A stretch of 64,000 nucleotides of DNA from Candidatus Omnitrophota bacterium (lineage in GTDB: Bacteria > Omnitrophota > Gorgyraeia > S143-82), in the NCBI GenBank assembly GCA_015494465.1, contig WGBD01000008.1, forward strand, positions 3,485 through 67,484, written 5' to 3'. A program made the translations under genes and the position numbers. This document shows, one piece after another, positions 18,470 to 29,408 of this stretch. Every line of letters begins with the position of its first letter. Positions within the stretch are counted from its first letter, which is position 1. The notes under the pieces were generated by a model, which saw only the letters and a program-made list of their open reading frames with translations, was not told the DNA's origin and did no database searches.

Positions 18470-18554
18470 CGGCACCCCCTAATTGAATAAAGATCCAAGC
18501 CATTGAAGTTACTAATATTATAACGGAAAGATGAGGGATAATCTAACCAAAAGC

Positions 18555-20732
18555 CTAGAACATGGCCCGCAGTAGGATACCTCCTACCTGGCCTGGTTTA
18601 CGCTGGTAAGCCTTTGTCAGCCCGGGATACACGAGAGAGGAGATGAGCTCACGCACCTTTTGGTCCAGGATAGCTCCCTCGTTCTGCTTTGCCCATCCGG
18701 TAAGCTCGTCCACCGCCTCGTTGGATACATTCCTGCTCACCAGCCAGTCGGCGAGCAAGAAGAGCCGAGCGTCGTCGCTCAGTTCTTTGCGGGAGGATAG
18801 GGCGGATAGAAAGTCCCTTAACTTACTGCGGTACAGCCCTGCCTCTTCTTCGCTAAAGAGGAGCTCGGCCAGGCCATCCACATCCCCTTTAGCGGTCAGC
18901 GTCCGCAGTTCGTCTATCAATTCCTTATTAAAGCCCCTCCCTCCTCTCAATCCCAAGACCCCGATACCTATGCCAGGCAATAACGCTAGGGCAGAGACGA
19001 CTCCAGCGGTGGCGTCCAGGCGGTTCTGGAGAAGCCCTACGAGGTTGGCCACATCGACCGTGCTTTCCACCGGTAGCGTTCCCATCGCCATAGCAGTTGC
19101 GGATAGGCCTGCCAAAAGTCCCAAGGAGGCAATTATCACCGGCAAGAAGTCCCCGTGCCCTCCTATTCGTCTTATCCTACTTAAGGCTATCAACAACCCT
19201 ATCGCTCCTGTAACGACCAGGCCGTTCTCCTTGAAAAAGGCCTTAAGGCTGGAAAGGAGTCCGGGTTGCTGGAGACCTTCTAACGCGTTCCCGTAGTGCT
19301 GGAGTACCGCGTTGGCCAGGAAGGCGTATCGCTCGGTTAGGGGGATGCGAAGTATAGAGATGTTCTCATTTTGGAATATAACCTCTCCGGAATTGAGGAG
19401 GGAAAGAACCTCATCCCTCGCCACTCCGGTCACATGAGATATGTTCGAGGCCAAAGAAGGGATGTCTACATGGGCCTGCAGACCGATGTAGAGCTGATCG
19501 CCGATACTTCCGAAGACGACGGAGTGCTGGGCCAAGGCGGTTTGGATGGCATCCACTATCGCATCTTGCCCCACTCCTAGCGCCACTCCGCCCATTATCG
19601 TGAGCAAACCGCCAACCGCTATAACCGGGACGAGCCAGGATGAGAGTTTTTTGGTGCTCTCTTTGGACAAGCGCCTTTTGCCCTTCTCCACATTTACTTC
19701 CGTGCTCTCCTTTATCCCACTTCTCTCTTCTATCCGAGCCCCTACATCTGGCACCGGATTGTTGCCGGGTTTATCCGGCTCAAAGGCACCAGCAAGGACC
19801 ACACCACCGGTGTAGAACTCCCACCCTTCGCCGTAGTCCTCCCACATACTTCGCTTGTACATGGCGACATACTGCTCGAGATATTCCCTCGGACTCCAGG
19901 GGTGATCCGAACGCAGACCCCCTACCGCGCCACTGTCGACCAGCTGATCGAATACGAAGTCTATACGGTCCTTGGCATACTTCTTATACCACTGGGCAAT
20001 TATGCAGGCCCTGTAGACCTGACGCAGGAGGGCGTACCTGTCGTCGTGATTGACCACATACACCAGCTCCGGAACCAACTGCGACTCTATCAATCCCCGG
20101 GCATAACTCCACACCCTATGGGCAGGTCCGGGGGCCCTTGGCTCCTTTAACTCGAACATCACATCCAGGTCCGCCTTGTCTATGATGATCCCGTTCCGGG
20201 AGAAGTAGGTCGAGATCTCCCCAGGCACTATCCAGAATCTGGGATTGAGCTCGAGGTCAACTCCCTCCGGTGCCACGCTGTAAGAGTAATCCATCACCTG
20301 ACTCCAGAGATCAATCCTCTTGGCCAACCTATCCACATCCTTCTTGAGTTGGACATCGGAGTACATCAGGACTTTGCCTAGGTCGGTGTAGAGGAGCTCG
20401 TGTCCCATCACATTCAGATCGTTGAGGAGGATGTTGAGGTTCACCCAGAGGTGGTCATCGGGTATGGCAAGGGCCAAGAGAAAAAAACGGAGGTTGAATT
20501 CCCGTTCCCGATCGCTTAGGGCCTCGGACTTCCCCGAATCCCAGAGAAAAGAAACCCTATTTCCGTCTATCTCGACCGCCTTAAGGTAGGCACTGGGCAT
20601 GTACCCCAACACCTGCTGGACGGAGGGATAATCCACTACGACCGGGATAGCCCCCCATCCGGTCAACCCATCGAAGATAAGAACGAGCGCCAGCACAAGA
20701 CTAAGCCATCTAAACCGCCGAGCCAAGCTCAT
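18555..20732 (-). CDS. Exported modular hypothetical protein with conserved WVNL N-terminal domain, membrane segments and C-terminal GGILL motif
   Basis: Signal peptide; DHLWVNL, TDLGKVLMYSDVQLKKD, PRFWIVP, YALLRQVY..IIAQWYK, TGGV; ends QVGGILLRAMF; paralogous motifs in 44515-48561. Confidence 0.7.
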   Translation of the reverse strand: MSLARRFRWLSLVLALVLIFDGLTGWGAIPVVVDYPSVQQVLGYMPSAYLKAVEIDGNRVSFLWDSGKSEALSDREREFNLRFFLLALAIPDDHLWVNLNILLNDLNVMGHELLYTDLGKVLMYSDVQLKKDVDRLAKRIDLWSQVMDYSYSVAPEGVDLELNPRFWIVPGEISTYFSRNGIIIDKADLDVMFELKEPRAPGPAHRVWSYARGLIESQLVPELVYVVNHDDRYALLRQVYRACIIAQWYKKYAKDRIDFVFDQLVDSGAVGGLRSDHPWSPREYLEQYVAMYKRSMWEDYGEGWEFYTGGVVLAGAFEPDKPGNNPVPDVGARIEERSGIKESTEVNVEKGKRRLSKESTKKLSSWLVPVIAVGGLLTIMGGVALGVGQDAIVDAIQTALAQHSVVFGSIGDQLYIGLQAHVDIPSLASNISHVTGVARDEVLSLLNSGEVIFQNENISILRIPLTERYAFLANAVLQHYGNALEGLQQPGLLSSLKAFFKENGLVVTGAIGLLIALSRIRRIGGHGDFLPVIIASLGLLAGLSATAMAMGTLPVESTVDVANLVGLLQNRLDATAGVVSALALLPGIGIGVLGLRGGRGFNKELIDELRTLTAKGDVDGLAELLFSEEEAGLYRSKLRDFLSALSSRKELSDDARLFLLADWLVSRNVSNEAVDELTGWAKQNEGAILDQKVRELISSLVYPGLTKAYQRKPGQVGGILLRAMF

Positions 20733-20775
20733 ACATCCTCCTTAAAGGGCAACACCACCTCCCCCGTTATTCGAA

Positions 20776-20804
20776 AGTATAACCTAGCCCGAGCGAAAAA
20801 TCAA
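20776..20804 (-). promoter_or_regulatory. Putative sigma70 promoter of the 725-aa modular protein
   Basis: Minus strand TTGATT (20804-20799), 17 nt, TATACT (20781-20776); SD AAGGAGG before ATG 20732. Confidence 0.6.
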
Positions 20805-20805
20805 C

Positions 20806-20834
20806 TTGTGCCCCTCGCAAACGACGGGTATCTT
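20806..20834 (+). promoter_or_regulatory. Putative sigma70 promoter of the CinA-thpR pair (probably leaderless)
   Basis: TTGTGC (20806-20811), 17 nt, TATCTT (20829-20834); ATG at 20841 with no SD. Confidence 0.45.
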
Positions 20835-20840
20835 AACCTT

Positions 20841-21335
20841 ATGAGGCAAAACCGACTCTACGACCCAATAAGGGCGATCCACTACAGGTGCGGGGAGCTG
20901 GGGCTTTCTCTGGGCTGTGCGGAGTCCATAACCTTGGGCAAACTCACCAGCGCCCTGGGAAGCGTACCCGGTGCCTCCAAGATCCTGAAAGGCGGGATCG
21001 TGGCCTATCAGGATAGCGCTAAAGTGCGGATACTGAGGATAGATCCCGCCCTCCTGCAGACCTTCTCCGCGGTATCACCAGAGGTTTGTGAAGAGATGGC
21101 AAGGAACCTCCTCGAGGTGCTGGACTGCGACATCGCCCTCTCCACCACCGGATACGCAGGGCCTCCGCAAGGAGACGAAGAGGTGGGATTGGTCTATCTC
21201 GGGCTTGCCTCTCGAAATGAGATCGTACCTTTCAGAATAGAGGAACTGCACCTGACCGGCGGTCGGGAAGATATACAGGATAAAACTGTAGTCAGGGCGG
21301 TGGAGATCCTATGGGAGGAGATAAGCAGACTGTGA
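20841..21335 (+). CDS. CinA C-terminal domain / nicotinamide-mononucleotide deamidase PncC family
   Basis: AESITLG, PGASKILKGGIVAY, AVSPEVCEEMA, STTGYAGP, VGLVYLG. Confidence 0.9.
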   Translation: MRQNRLYDPIRAIHYRCGELGLSLGCAESITLGKLTSALGSVPGASKILKGGIVAYQDSAKVRILRIDPALLQTFSAVSPEVCEEMARNLLEVLDCDIALSTTGYAGPPQGDEEVGLVYLGLASRNEIVPFRIEELHLTGGREDIQDKTVVRAVEILWEEISRL

Positions 21336-21877
21336 GGCTGTTTATCGCCTTTGCCCTCAAAGAAGAGGCAAAGCGGGAGATATTCTCGCTCTACCGCTCT
21401 CTCTCCCAAGAGAGGCAGATAAAGTGGGTGGAAAAGGAGAACCTCCACGCGACTATCGTCTTCTTGGGCAGTACGCCGGTGAAGAAGGTGGAGAAGATCA
21501 AAAGGATTCTGGACCGGATCCCATTGCCTCAGCCATCACCGATACTGATAGACGAGTTGGGGGGATTCCCCTCTTTATCCCGTCCTCGGGTGATCTGGAT
21601 AGGACCGAGCCATACCCCTCCGTGGACGAGCGAGGTCTTCCAGCGGATAACCGGGGCTCTAAAGCAGGGGCACATAGCCTTCGACGCCAAGCCCAAGTTC
21701 GTCTTCCACATCACCCTGGGCAGAGTCAGACGACCATCGCCCCGCCTTGCTGAGATCACCTCGCGAATAGAGGCCCCAGAGATAGAACTGCTCTGCGATG
21801 AGATCTGCCTGTTCCAGAGCCACCTTTCCCGATCGGGACCGGTCTACGAGGTAATACACTCCCGAAAGATGCCTTAG
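21332..21877 (+). CDS. thpR: RNA 2',3'-cyclic phosphodiesterase
   Basis: RLFIA start, two HxT motifs (NLHAT, FHITLGR), PRVIWIG, SHLSRSGPVY; GTGA overlap with the CinA gene. Confidence 0.92.
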   Translation: MRLFIAFALKEEAKREIFSLYRSLSQERQIKWVEKENLHATIVFLGSTPVKKVEKIKRILDRIPLPQPSPILIDELGGFPSLSRPRVIWIGPSHTPPWTSEVFQRITGALKQGHIAFDAKPKFVFHITLGRVRRPSPRLAEITSRIEAPEIELLCDEICLFQSHLSRSGPVYEVIHSRKMP

Positions 21878-22098
21878 AGATAACTGTCGCAGACGGGACA
21901 CTTTGAGGGGCCTTTTCTGTCTTGGCCGGATTCCAATATCGCCCCGCAATAAGGACAACGACGGTACTCCGGATGGCCCTTTTCAGTTTCAGGAGGGCCC
22001 GAATCCTCGTCAACCGAGGTTGCCCACAGCAACACGAACAACAGGGACACCAACAGTATCCCCAAGGCCATCCACACCGACACCGGCACCGCGACCAT
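21874..22098 (-). CDS. Small membrane-anchored zinc-ribbon protein
   Basis: N-terminal transmembrane helix, CPYC...CPVC; follows the M42 gene after 6 nt. Confidence 0.65.
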   Translation of the reverse strand: MVAVPVSVWMALGILLVSLLFVLLWATSVDEDSGPPETEKGHPEYRRCPYCGAILESGQDRKGPSKCPVCDSYL

Positions 22099-22104
22099 CG
22101 CCGT

Positions 22105-23172
22105 CTACCACAGGGTCCAGTCCTCTTCACCGGAGATGGCGGAGACGAAGTCCGCTATCAATCGGACGCAGTTCTCCAGATCCCTAAAGTCCGCCATCTC
22201 CACCGGCGTGTGCATGTACCGCAAGGGAATGCTCACCAACCCGGTCGCCACCCCTGCCCGGGTGAGCTGGATGGGATTGGCATCGGTGCCCGTCGCCCGG
22301 GGTATGCCCTCCACCTGATAAGGTATCTCCTGAAGTTCCGCCACCTCCTTTAGGCGCTTGAAGACTATGGGGCTTATGTTTGGGCCCCGGGCTATAACCG
22401 GTCCCTTGCCGAGGGTGATCTCGCCCACCTTTTTCTTCTCCACCCCTGGATAATCGGTGGCAAAGGTGACGTCCACCGCTATGCCCACCTGAGGATCTAT
22501 ACCAAAGGCGCTGGTCTTGGCGCCTCTCAATCCAATCTCCTCCTGCACCGTCGCCACCCCGTAGACCGACACATTCAGATCCCGCTCCGAAAGCACCTCC
22601 AGCACCCGCGCCACCACATAGGCACCACTGCGATCGTCCAATGCCTTGGATACCACCCGGTCGTTTACCTCCCAGAACTCCACCCACGGCACCGCAACGT
22701 CGCCTATTTCCACCATCTTCAAGGCGGATTCCCTATTCTCCGCGCCTATGTCGATGAACAAGGTGTCTATCTTGGGGCACTTCTGAAGTTCCTCCCGCTC
22801 CATCAGGTGGATAGGCTTCTTGCCAATCACACCCTTTACAAACCCGTTTGCGGTCTTTATCTTGACCCGTTGTCCGGGAACGAGGTTGGGATCAATTCCC
22901 CCTATCGGGGAGAAGTACAGAAATCCGTTCTCGTCCACATAGCGTATCATGAATCCTATCTCGTCGATGTGTCCGGTGATGAGCACCTTGACATCGTGCC
23001 CGGGATTGACGCAGGCAATGGCGTTGCCGTGGACATCACCCTTTACATCCGCAAACCTGCTTACATAGTCTTTCCATACGGAGACCGCCTCTTCCTCGTA
23101 GCCCGACGGCCCCACCGCAGAACAGAGATCTTCCAGAAACTTTACCTTCTCCCCGAACTCCTCTATAAGCAT
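22105..23172 (-). CDS. M42-family metallopeptidase (TET/endoglucanase-like)
   Basis: PSGYE, GHIDEIG, KALDDR, QEEIGLRGA, GTDA, PLRYMHTPVE; ATG 23172 behind SD GGAGG. Confidence 0.93.
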   Translation of the reverse strand: MLIEEFGEKVKFLEDLCSAVGPSGYEEEAVSVWKDYVSRFADVKGDVHGNAIACVNPGHDVKVLITGHIDEIGFMIRYVDENGFLYFSPIGGIDPNLVPGQRVKIKTANGFVKGVIGKKPIHLMEREELQKCPKIDTLFIDIGAENRESALKMVEIGDVAVPWVEFWEVNDRVVSKALDDRSGAYVVARVLEVLSERDLNVSVYGVATVQEEIGLRGAKTSAFGIDPQVGIAVDVTFATDYPGVEKKKVGEITLGKGPVIARGPNISPIVFKRLKEVAELQEIPYQVEGIPRATGTDANPIQLTRAGVATGLVSIPLRYMHTPVEMADFRDLENCVRLIADFVSAISGEEDWTLW

Positions 23173-23186
23173 AGCGGGCACCTCCG

Positions 23187-26100
23187 TTATCGGGTCTTTA
23201 GGTTATAATAATCCTGAATGCTCCTGACCTCAAGGTTCCCTTCTTTAAGCCTGCGAATCGCCTCTATAGAGGCATAGGCCCCGGCTATGGTGGTAATACA
23301 AGGGACCCCGTGCAGGATGGCGGTGGAGCGGATCTTCACCTCGTCCTTGCGAGGGATCCTCCCCGAAGGGGTGTTGATGATCAACTTCAACTCGCCGTTC
23401 TTTATGTAGTCCAAGGTATTGGGACGGCCCTCTGCCAGCCTCGGAACCATCCTTACCTTCAATCCCTTCCCTGCCAGATAGTTGGCAGTACCCTTGGTGG
23501 ATATAACCTCGAATCCCATTTCCAGAAGGGCCTTCACCACTCCCACCACGCCGGGCTTATCCGCATCCCTCACGCTGACGAATACGAGGCCCTCGGTGGG
23601 GAGGTTCTGTCCTGCAGCTATCTGGGACTTGAGGTAGGCGGTGCCGACATCCTTGTCTATCCCCATCACCTCACCGGTAGAGCGCATCTCCGGACTGAGT
23701 ATTATGTCCACTCCGGGGAATCGGTTGAAGGGGAACACCGACTCCTTCACTGCGTAATAGCCTTTTGGCCAGCGCTCCTCGGTAAAGCCCAGATCCTTCA
23801 ACTTCTCTCCCAGCATCACCTTCGTAGCCAACTTTGCCAAGGGCACACCTATTGCCTTGCTGATAAAGGGTATCGTCCGCGAGGCCCGGGGGTTTACCTC
23901 CAAGACATAGACCTGCCCGTCCTTTATGGCGTACTGGACATTCATAAGGCCAACGATGTGCAGTTCCTCTGCCAGGGCGTAGGTCGCCCGTCTTATCTCC
24001 TCGAGTATATCCTCGTCGAGACTGTGCGGGGGAAGGACCATAGCAGAATCCCCAGAGTGGACACCTGCGTACTCTATGTGCTCCAGTATCCCGCCTATGA
24101 CTGCAGTTTCACCGTCGCTTATGAGGTCAACATCTACCTCTATCGCATCCTCGAGGAACTTGTCTATCAGTACCGGTCGCCTCTCGGAAACATCCACCGC
24201 GGATACCATGTACTTCTCCAGAGAGGCCTCGTCGTAGACTATCTCCATCGCCCGTCCACCTAGTACATACGAGGGTCTCAAGAGAACCGGATATCCGATG
24301 GAGCGGGCAATCTCCTTGGCCTCTTCCACATCGACCGCTATGCCGTTGGGAGGCTGTTTCAGCCCCAACTTCTCCAGAAGGGCCTTGAACTTGTCCCTGT
24401 CCTCTGCCCTGTCTATCGCCTCGGCAGAGGTTCCCAGAATCTTCACACCTGCATCCCGCAGGGGCACGGATATGTTCAGAGGCGTCTGCCCGCCCAACTG
24501 GACGATTACCCCGTAGGGCCTCTCCATCTCTACGATGTTCAACACATCCTCAAAGGTGAGCGGTTCAAAGAACAACTTGTCGGAAGTATCGTAATCAGTG
24601 GAGACGGTCTCGGGATTGGAGTTCACCATTATGGACTGATATCCCATCTCCTTCAGGGCAAATGAGGCGTGGACACAGCAATAGTCGAACTCTATCCCCT
24701 GCCCTATCCTGTTGGGACCACCACCAAGGATGACCACCTTCTTGACATCCTTCACCCGGCTTTCGTCTTCCCTGTCGTAGCAGGAGTAGAAGTAAGGGGT
24801 GTAGGCCTCAAACTCCGCGGAGCAGGTGTCCACCAGTTTGTAGGTGGGCCTCACCTCCAAGGCCTTGCGCTTATCCCTCAACTCCGTCTCCTTTATCCCC
24901 CACTTGTAGGCCAGATATCGGTCGGAGAATCCCATCTCCTTGGCTTGACGCAGGGTCTCAAGGTCTACCTCCAGGAAGGACATGTTGCTCAACCTCTGAT
25001 CGAACTCCACTATCTGCCTTATGTTGTCGAGAAACCAGGGGTCTATAGAAGTAATCTCGTAAATCTCCTCTACCGAGACGCCCTTGTTTATGGCCTCGGC
25101 TATCTGGAATATCCTCTCCGGGGTAGGCCGGCTCATGGCGATGCGCAGTTCCTCCACATCCATCGCCTTTATCTTCCTGGCCATAGGGGATCCGTCGTCG
25201 AGCAGACCGAACCTGCCTATCTCCAGCGATCGAATCGCCTTCTGCAGGGCCTCCTTAAAGGTCCTGCCGATGGCCATCACCTCGCCCACCGACTTCATGG
25301 AGGTGGTCAAGACCGGCTCACTCCCCGGGAACTTCTCAAAGGCCCACCGCGGGAACTTCACCACGCAGTAGTCCAGCACCGGCTCAAAAGAGGCGGGCGT
25401 CTCGCGGGTGATGTCGTTGGGAATCTCGTCCAGTGTGTATCCCACCGCCAGCTTGGCAGCGATACGGGCTATAGGGAAGCCCGTCGCCTTGGAGGCAAGG
25501 GCAGAGGAACGCGAGACCCGGGGGTTCATCTCTATAACCACCATTCGCCCGTCCTTAGGGTTCACCGCAAACTGGATGTTGCTTCCCCCGGTGTCCACGC
25601 CTATCTCCCGTATCACCTTTATCGCTGCGGTGCGCATACGCTGGTACTCCTTATCGGTAAGGGTCTGGGCGGGAGCAACGGTGATGCTGTCGCCGGTGTG
25701 GATGCCCATAGGATCCAGGTTCTCTATCGAACAGATGATCACCACATTGTCGTTCTTGTCCCGCATCACCTCCAACTCGAATTCCTTCCAGCCCTCTACG
25801 GACTCTTCAATTAGTATCTCGTTTATCATACTGTATTCAAGGCCCCGGTTGGCTATCTCCTCGAACTCCTCCACATTGTAGGCCACCCCACCTCCCGTAC
25901 CGCCGAGGGTAAAACTGGGACGGATTATCACCGGGAAGCCTATCTCCTTCACCACCTTCCAGGCCTCTTCCATACTGCGGGCAAAACCGCTCCTCGGCAG
26001 GTCGAGGCCTATCCTCTGCATCGCCTCCTTGAAGAGCTCCCTGTCCTCCGCCTTCTTTATCGCGGTGGGATTGGCACCGATCATCTCAACGCCGTATCTG

Positions 26101-26426
26101 TCCAAAACCCCGCGCTCGTGGAGTTGAATTGCCACATTCAAGGCGGTCTGTCCCCCGAGCGTGGGCAGGAGGGCGTCCGGTCTTTCCTTGGCGATTATCT
26201 TCTCCACGAATTCCGCAGTTATCGGCTCTATGTAGGTGGCATCCGCAAACTCGGGATCGGTCATGATGGTGGCAGGGTTGGAGTTCACCAATACTACCTT
26301 ATACCCCTCTTCCTTGAGTGCCTTGCAGGCCTGAGTGCCCGAATAGTCAAATTCGCAGGCCTGCCCTATCACGATCGGGCCGGATCCTATAATCAGTATC
26401 TTCTTTATGTCCGTGCGCTTAGGCAT
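23187..26426 (-). CDS. carB: Carbamoyl-phosphate synthase large subunit
   Basis: [30 protein letters not shown], duplicated ATP-grasp domains, MGS domain. Confidence 0.99.
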   Translation of the reverse strand: MPKRTDIKKILIIGSGPIVIGQACEFDYSGTQACKALKEEGYKVVLVNSNPATIMTDPEFADATYIEPITAEFVEKIIAKERPDALLPTLGGQTALNVAIQLHERGVLDRYGVEMIGANPTAIKKAEDRELFKEAMQRIGLDLPRSGFARSMEEAWKVVKEIGFPVIIRPSFTLGGTGGGVAYNVEEFEEIANRGLEYSMINEILIEESVEGWKEFELEVMRDKNDNVVIICSIENLDPMGIHTGDSITVAPAQTLTDKEYQRMRTAAIKVIREIGVDTGGSNIQFAVNPKDGRMVVIEMNPRVSRSSALASKATGFPIARIAAKLAVGYTLDEIPNDITRETPASFEPVLDYCVVKFPRWAFEKFPGSEPVLTTSMKSVGEVMAIGRTFKEALQKAIRSLEIGRFGLLDDGSPMARKIKAMDVEELRIAMSRPTPERIFQIAEAINKGVSVEEIYEITSIDPWFLDNIRQIVEFDQRLSNMSFLEVDLETLRQAKEMGFSDRYLAYKWGIKETELRDKRKALEVRPTYKLVDTCSAEFEAYTPYFYSCYDREDESRVKDVKKVVILGGGPNRIGQGIEFDYCCVHASFALKEMGYQSIMVNSNPETVSTDYDTSDKLFFEPLTFEDVLNIVEMERPYGVIVQLGGQTPLNISVPLRDAGVKILGTSAEAIDRAEDRDKFKALLEKLGLKQPPNGIAVDVEEAKEIARSIGYPVLLRPSYVLGGRAMEIVYDEASLEKYMVSAVDVSERRPVLIDKFLEDAIEVDVDLISDGETAVIGGILEHIEYAGVHSGDSAMVLPPHSLDEDILEEIRRATYALAEELHIVGLMNVQYAIKDGQVYVLEVNPRASRTIPFISKAIGVPLAKLATKVMLGEKLKDLGFTEERWPKGYYAVKESVFPFNRFPGVDIILSPEMRSTGEVMGIDKDVGTAYLKSQIAAGQNLPTEGLVFVSVRDADKPGVVGVVKALLEMGFEVISTKGTANYLAGKGLKVRMVPRLAEGRPNTLDYIKNGELKLIINTPSGRIPRKDEVKIRSTAILHGVPCITTIAGAYASIEAIRRLKEGNLEVRSIQDYYNLKTR

Positions 26427-27504
26427 CTATCGTCTCCTTGAAGCGGGTGAATATGTATCGAGCGTCGAACGGTCCCGGACCTGCCTCAGGATGGAACTGC
26501 ACCGACATAACCCTGTACTTTTTGCTAAATATCCCTTCAAGGGTGCCGTCGTAGAGGTTCTTGTGGGTGATCTGGACCTGAGCAGATGCAAGTGAATCGA
26601 CATCTACGCAGAAGTTGTGGTTCTGGGCAGTGATGTCTATCCGCCCGGTGGCGAGGTCCTTGACCGGATGGTTACCCCCGTGATGTCCAAACTTAAGTTT
26701 ATAGGTCCTCCCTCCCATGGCGATGCCCAATATCTGATGGCCGAGGCATATCCCCCACAACGGGAGTTTGCCCAGAAGGTCTCGGGCCAAAGCTATCGTC
26801 TCCTCCACCGCGGAAGGATCACCCGGTCCGTTGGAGAACAACACCGCATCCGGACCCCAGGCAAGGATCTCCTTTGCGCTGGCGTCCCAAGGGAAAACCC
26901 GTACCTGACGCACCTCCTCGCAGAGGTACTTGAGTATGCTCTTCTTCACCCCGCAATCCACCACCGCAACCCGGAACCTTTCACCGGATCCCTTAAGGTC
27001 GTAGGGCTCGTCGGTGCTGGTGTCCCGAGCGATGTTCCGACCTTCCAGATGGGGACTGTCCTTGATCCTCTTCACCCAGGCCTCTATCCCGTCCATCTCC
27101 GACTCAGGGACTATTGCCCCCTGCATCGCCCCCTGAAGGCGGATGTGCCGGGTAAGGGCCCGGGTATCCACACCGGTTATACCCACGATGTCGTTCTGGC
27201 GCAGGTACTCCTCCAAGGACTGGGTTGCCCGCCAGTTGGAGTACATCTGGGACAACTCCTTTACCACGAACCCGGAAAGCCATATCCTATCCGACTCCAC
27301 ATCCTCGGGATTCACCCCGTAATTCCCGATTAATGGATAGGTCATGGTCACGATCTGGCCGTAGTAGGAGGGATCGGTGAGGATCTCCTGATAGCCGGTC
27401 ATCGAGGTGTTGAAGACGACCTCACCAATGGAGGACCTGACCGCGCCGAAGATCCGCCCGGTCAGATAGAATCCGTCCTCCAGTATCAGAAAACCCGATT
27501 CCAT
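26419..27504 (-). CDS. carA: Carbamoyl-phosphate synthase small subunit
   Basis: [34 protein letters not shown]. Confidence 0.98.
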   Translation of the reverse strand: MESGFLILEDGFYLTGRIFGAVRSSIGEVVFNTSMTGYQEILTDPSYYGQIVTMTYPLIGNYGVNPEDVESDRIWLSGFVVKELSQMYSNWRATQSLEEYLRQNDIVGITGVDTRALTRHIRLQGAMQGAIVPESEMDGIEAWVKRIKDSPHLEGRNIARDTSTDEPYDLKGSGERFRVAVVDCGVKKSILKYLCEEVRQVRVFPWDASAKEILAWGPDAVLFSNGPGDPSAVEETIALARDLLGKLPLWGICLGHQILGIAMGGRTYKLKFGHHGGNHPVKDLATGRIDITAQNHNFCVDVDSLASAQVQITHKNLYDGTLEGIFSKKYRVMSVQFHPEAGPGPFDARYIFTRFKETIDA

Positions 27505-27516
27505 CAGGCAGATATT

Positions 27517-28392
27517 TTACTTGATAAGCCCGTAAGAGCGAAGGACTTTCTTCAACCGCTCGAGGTTATCCTTGGACATCTCGCAAAGTGGCAGACGCAG
27601 TTCGGGATTTATCATCCCCATCAGACCCATAGCGGTCTTCACCGGTATCGGATTGGTCTCCAAAAACATCGCCTTCACTAAGGGCATCAGCTCAAAATAT
27701 ATGTCCCTTGCCCTCTCGATCTCCCGATTATCCCAGGCGCTTATCATCTGCACCACCTTATCCGGGACGATGTTGGCAACGACCGAGATGACCCCTTCCC
27801 CTCCTATCGACAGCACCGGCAAGGTGAGGGCGTCGTCTCCGGAAAGGAGGGTCAACTTGTCCCCGCACACCCGCTTTATCTCCGCCATCTGGGACAGATT
27901 CCCACTTGCCTCTTTTATGGCAACGATGTTCTTTATCTCAGCTAAACGGGCGATGGTCTCCACCGACATGTTTACTCCGGTACGGGAAGGGATGTTGTAG
28001 AGGATTATCGGTATGTCCACCTCCTCGGCGATCGTCTTGAAGTGGCGATATAGACCCTCTTGTGTAGGCTTGTTGTAATAGGGACAGACCTGAAGCGAGC
28101 CATCCGCACCTGCCTTCTTGGCGTGCTTGGTCAATTCTATCGCCTCCCGGGTGTTGTTCGCCCCGGTGCCGGCGATAACCGGGATCCTCCCTGCTGCGGC
28201 GCTTACCACCGCCTCTACTACATCTGCGTGCTCCTCCATAGACAAGGTTGCGGATTCACCAGTCGTCCCACAGGGCAGGATAGCGTGCGTGCCCATCTTG
28301 ACATGGAAGTCCACCAGCTTCTGGATAGCCTTATAGTCCACCTTTCCCTTCTTGAACGGCGTCACCAACGCAACGATCGAACCCCGAAACAT
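27517..28392 (-). CDS. dapA: 4-hydroxy-tetrahydrodipicolinate synthase
   Basis: GTTGES, PYYNKP, YNIPSRTG, IKEASG, SGDD, ETNPIPVK. Confidence 0.97.
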   Translation of the reverse strand: MFRGSIVALVTPFKKGKVDYKAIQKLVDFHVKMGTHAILPCGTTGESATLSMEEHADVVEAVVSAAAGRIPVIAGTGANNTREAIELTKHAKKAGADGSLQVCPYYNKPTQEGLYRHFKTIAEEVDIPIILYNIPSRTGVNMSVETIARLAEIKNIVAIKEASGNLSQMAEIKRVCGDKLTLLSGDDALTLPVLSIGGEGVISVVANIVPDKVVQMISAWDNREIERARDIYFELMPLVKAMFLETNPIPVKTAMGLMGMINPELRLPLCEMSKDNLERLKKVLRSYGLIK

Positions 28393-28439
28393 ACCTTCCT
28401 CCCTTGCAATTGAACCTTCCCTATAAGACTGCGTTCACT

Positions 28440-28468
28440 ATTAAACTTCAAAAAGAAGGCCTTATCAA
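28440..28468 (-). promoter_or_regulatory. Possible promoter of dapA-carA-carB
   Basis: Minus strand TTGATA (28468-28463), 17 nt, TTTAAT (28445-28440); the -10 box is imperfect. Confidence 0.3.
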
Positions 28469-28576
28469 CCCAAAAATCCCGGTTTGTAACCCCCAAGCAG
28501 AACCAATATTGGGCCTGCAAGGGCCCTATGCCAGAGAGATACCGTCCTATCATTAACTGTGCAAATCAGATTTGCG

Positions 28577-28605
28577 TTGCTGAGGGGAAATGCGTATTGT
28601 ATGAT
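28577..28605 (+). promoter_or_regulatory. Putative sigma70 promoter of the deacetylase gene
   Basis: TTGCTG (28577-28582), 17 nt, TATGAT (28600-28605). Confidence 0.55.
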
Positions 28606-28688
28606 TTTCTAGTGCGGTATGACGCTGGGCTCGTGTCTCCAATCCCAACTAGACAAACTTAAATCCGTTTACTTGGAGAAAAGAAGGC

Positions 28689-29408
28689 ATGAAGTACATA
28701 TTCTTGAGAGACGACGATGTATTCTCATTCCAAGAGCCATCCTTCAGGTGGTTTTGGAAAATAGCGGAATCTATGGATATACCTGTAATGTACGCGGTTA
28801 TCCCCGGCAAACTGGACGAGGACACCGCAAAAGTATTACTAGATAAAAAACGAGCCTCCCCGTCTAAGATCGACATAGCACAGCACGGTTACATGCACAT
28901 AAATCACAACCCGGATATATACCCAAAGTATGAGTTCGGTCCTTCGAGAAGCAAGGGTGCACAAAAAAGAGACCTTCTCGAAGGAATGAAGATAATGGAG
29001 CTTTCCTTTGGGCCTGACCTACCCCGTATATTCGTTCCTCCTTTCGACGGTTTTGACATAGTGACCTTAGAAGTGGCAGAAGAGCTGGGGATAGAGATCT
29101 TTTCTGCGGACAGTTACATCATAGGACAGAAATACAAATTTTTAAATCTACCCTACAGATTCGCAATAAACGACTACGCAGAAGATGGGACCCCGATCCC
29201 GGTTAGTTTTGAAACCATGTTGAAGAGGTACAGGCTCTACTACCTCTCAAATTACAAAGTAATTGGCATACTCCTCCACCACCAAGCATATCAAGATCCA
29301 TCTTCAAGAAGGGATCTGGCCTTATTTCTGAAATTCCTCGTGAAGGAAGAAACCAAAGGAGCAATCAAACTAATAACCGCCTCAAAGCTTCTCCAGTATA
29401 AGAGATAG
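28689..29408 (+). CDS. Polysaccharide deacetylase / DUF2334-like (CE4 fold) protein
   Basis: FLRDDD, AVIP, IAQHGYMH, EFG, FVPPF, LLHH. Confidence 0.8.
   Translation: MKYIFLRDDDVFSFQEPSFRWFWKIAESMDIPVMYAVIPGKLDEDTAKVLLDKKRASPSKIDIAQHGYMHINHNPDIYPKYEFGPSRSKGAQKRDLLEGMKIMELSFGPDLPRIFVPPFDGFDIVTLEVAEELGIEIFSADSYIIGQKYKFLNLPYRFAINDYAEDGTPIPVSFETMLKRYRLYYLSNYKVIGILLHHQAYQDPSSRRDLALFLKFLVKEETKGAIKLITASKLLQYKR

Noticed and set aside
23310-25814. Long plus-strand ORFs (317 and 381 aa) opposite carB; similar ones at 3627-4586, 53886-54743 and 60342-61304
   Set aside because: Antisense shadows of well-conserved genes in GC-rich coding sequence, with no recognisable motifs or SD
28393-28570. Possible lysine riboswitch or other leader RNA upstream of dapA
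   Set aside because: No recognisable conserved riboswitch core or terminator by eye; an Rfam/Infernal scan would be decisive
28362-28876. Short ORFs in and around the dapA-deacetylase intergenic region
   Set aside because: They overlap promoters or real genes and lack an SD or motifs
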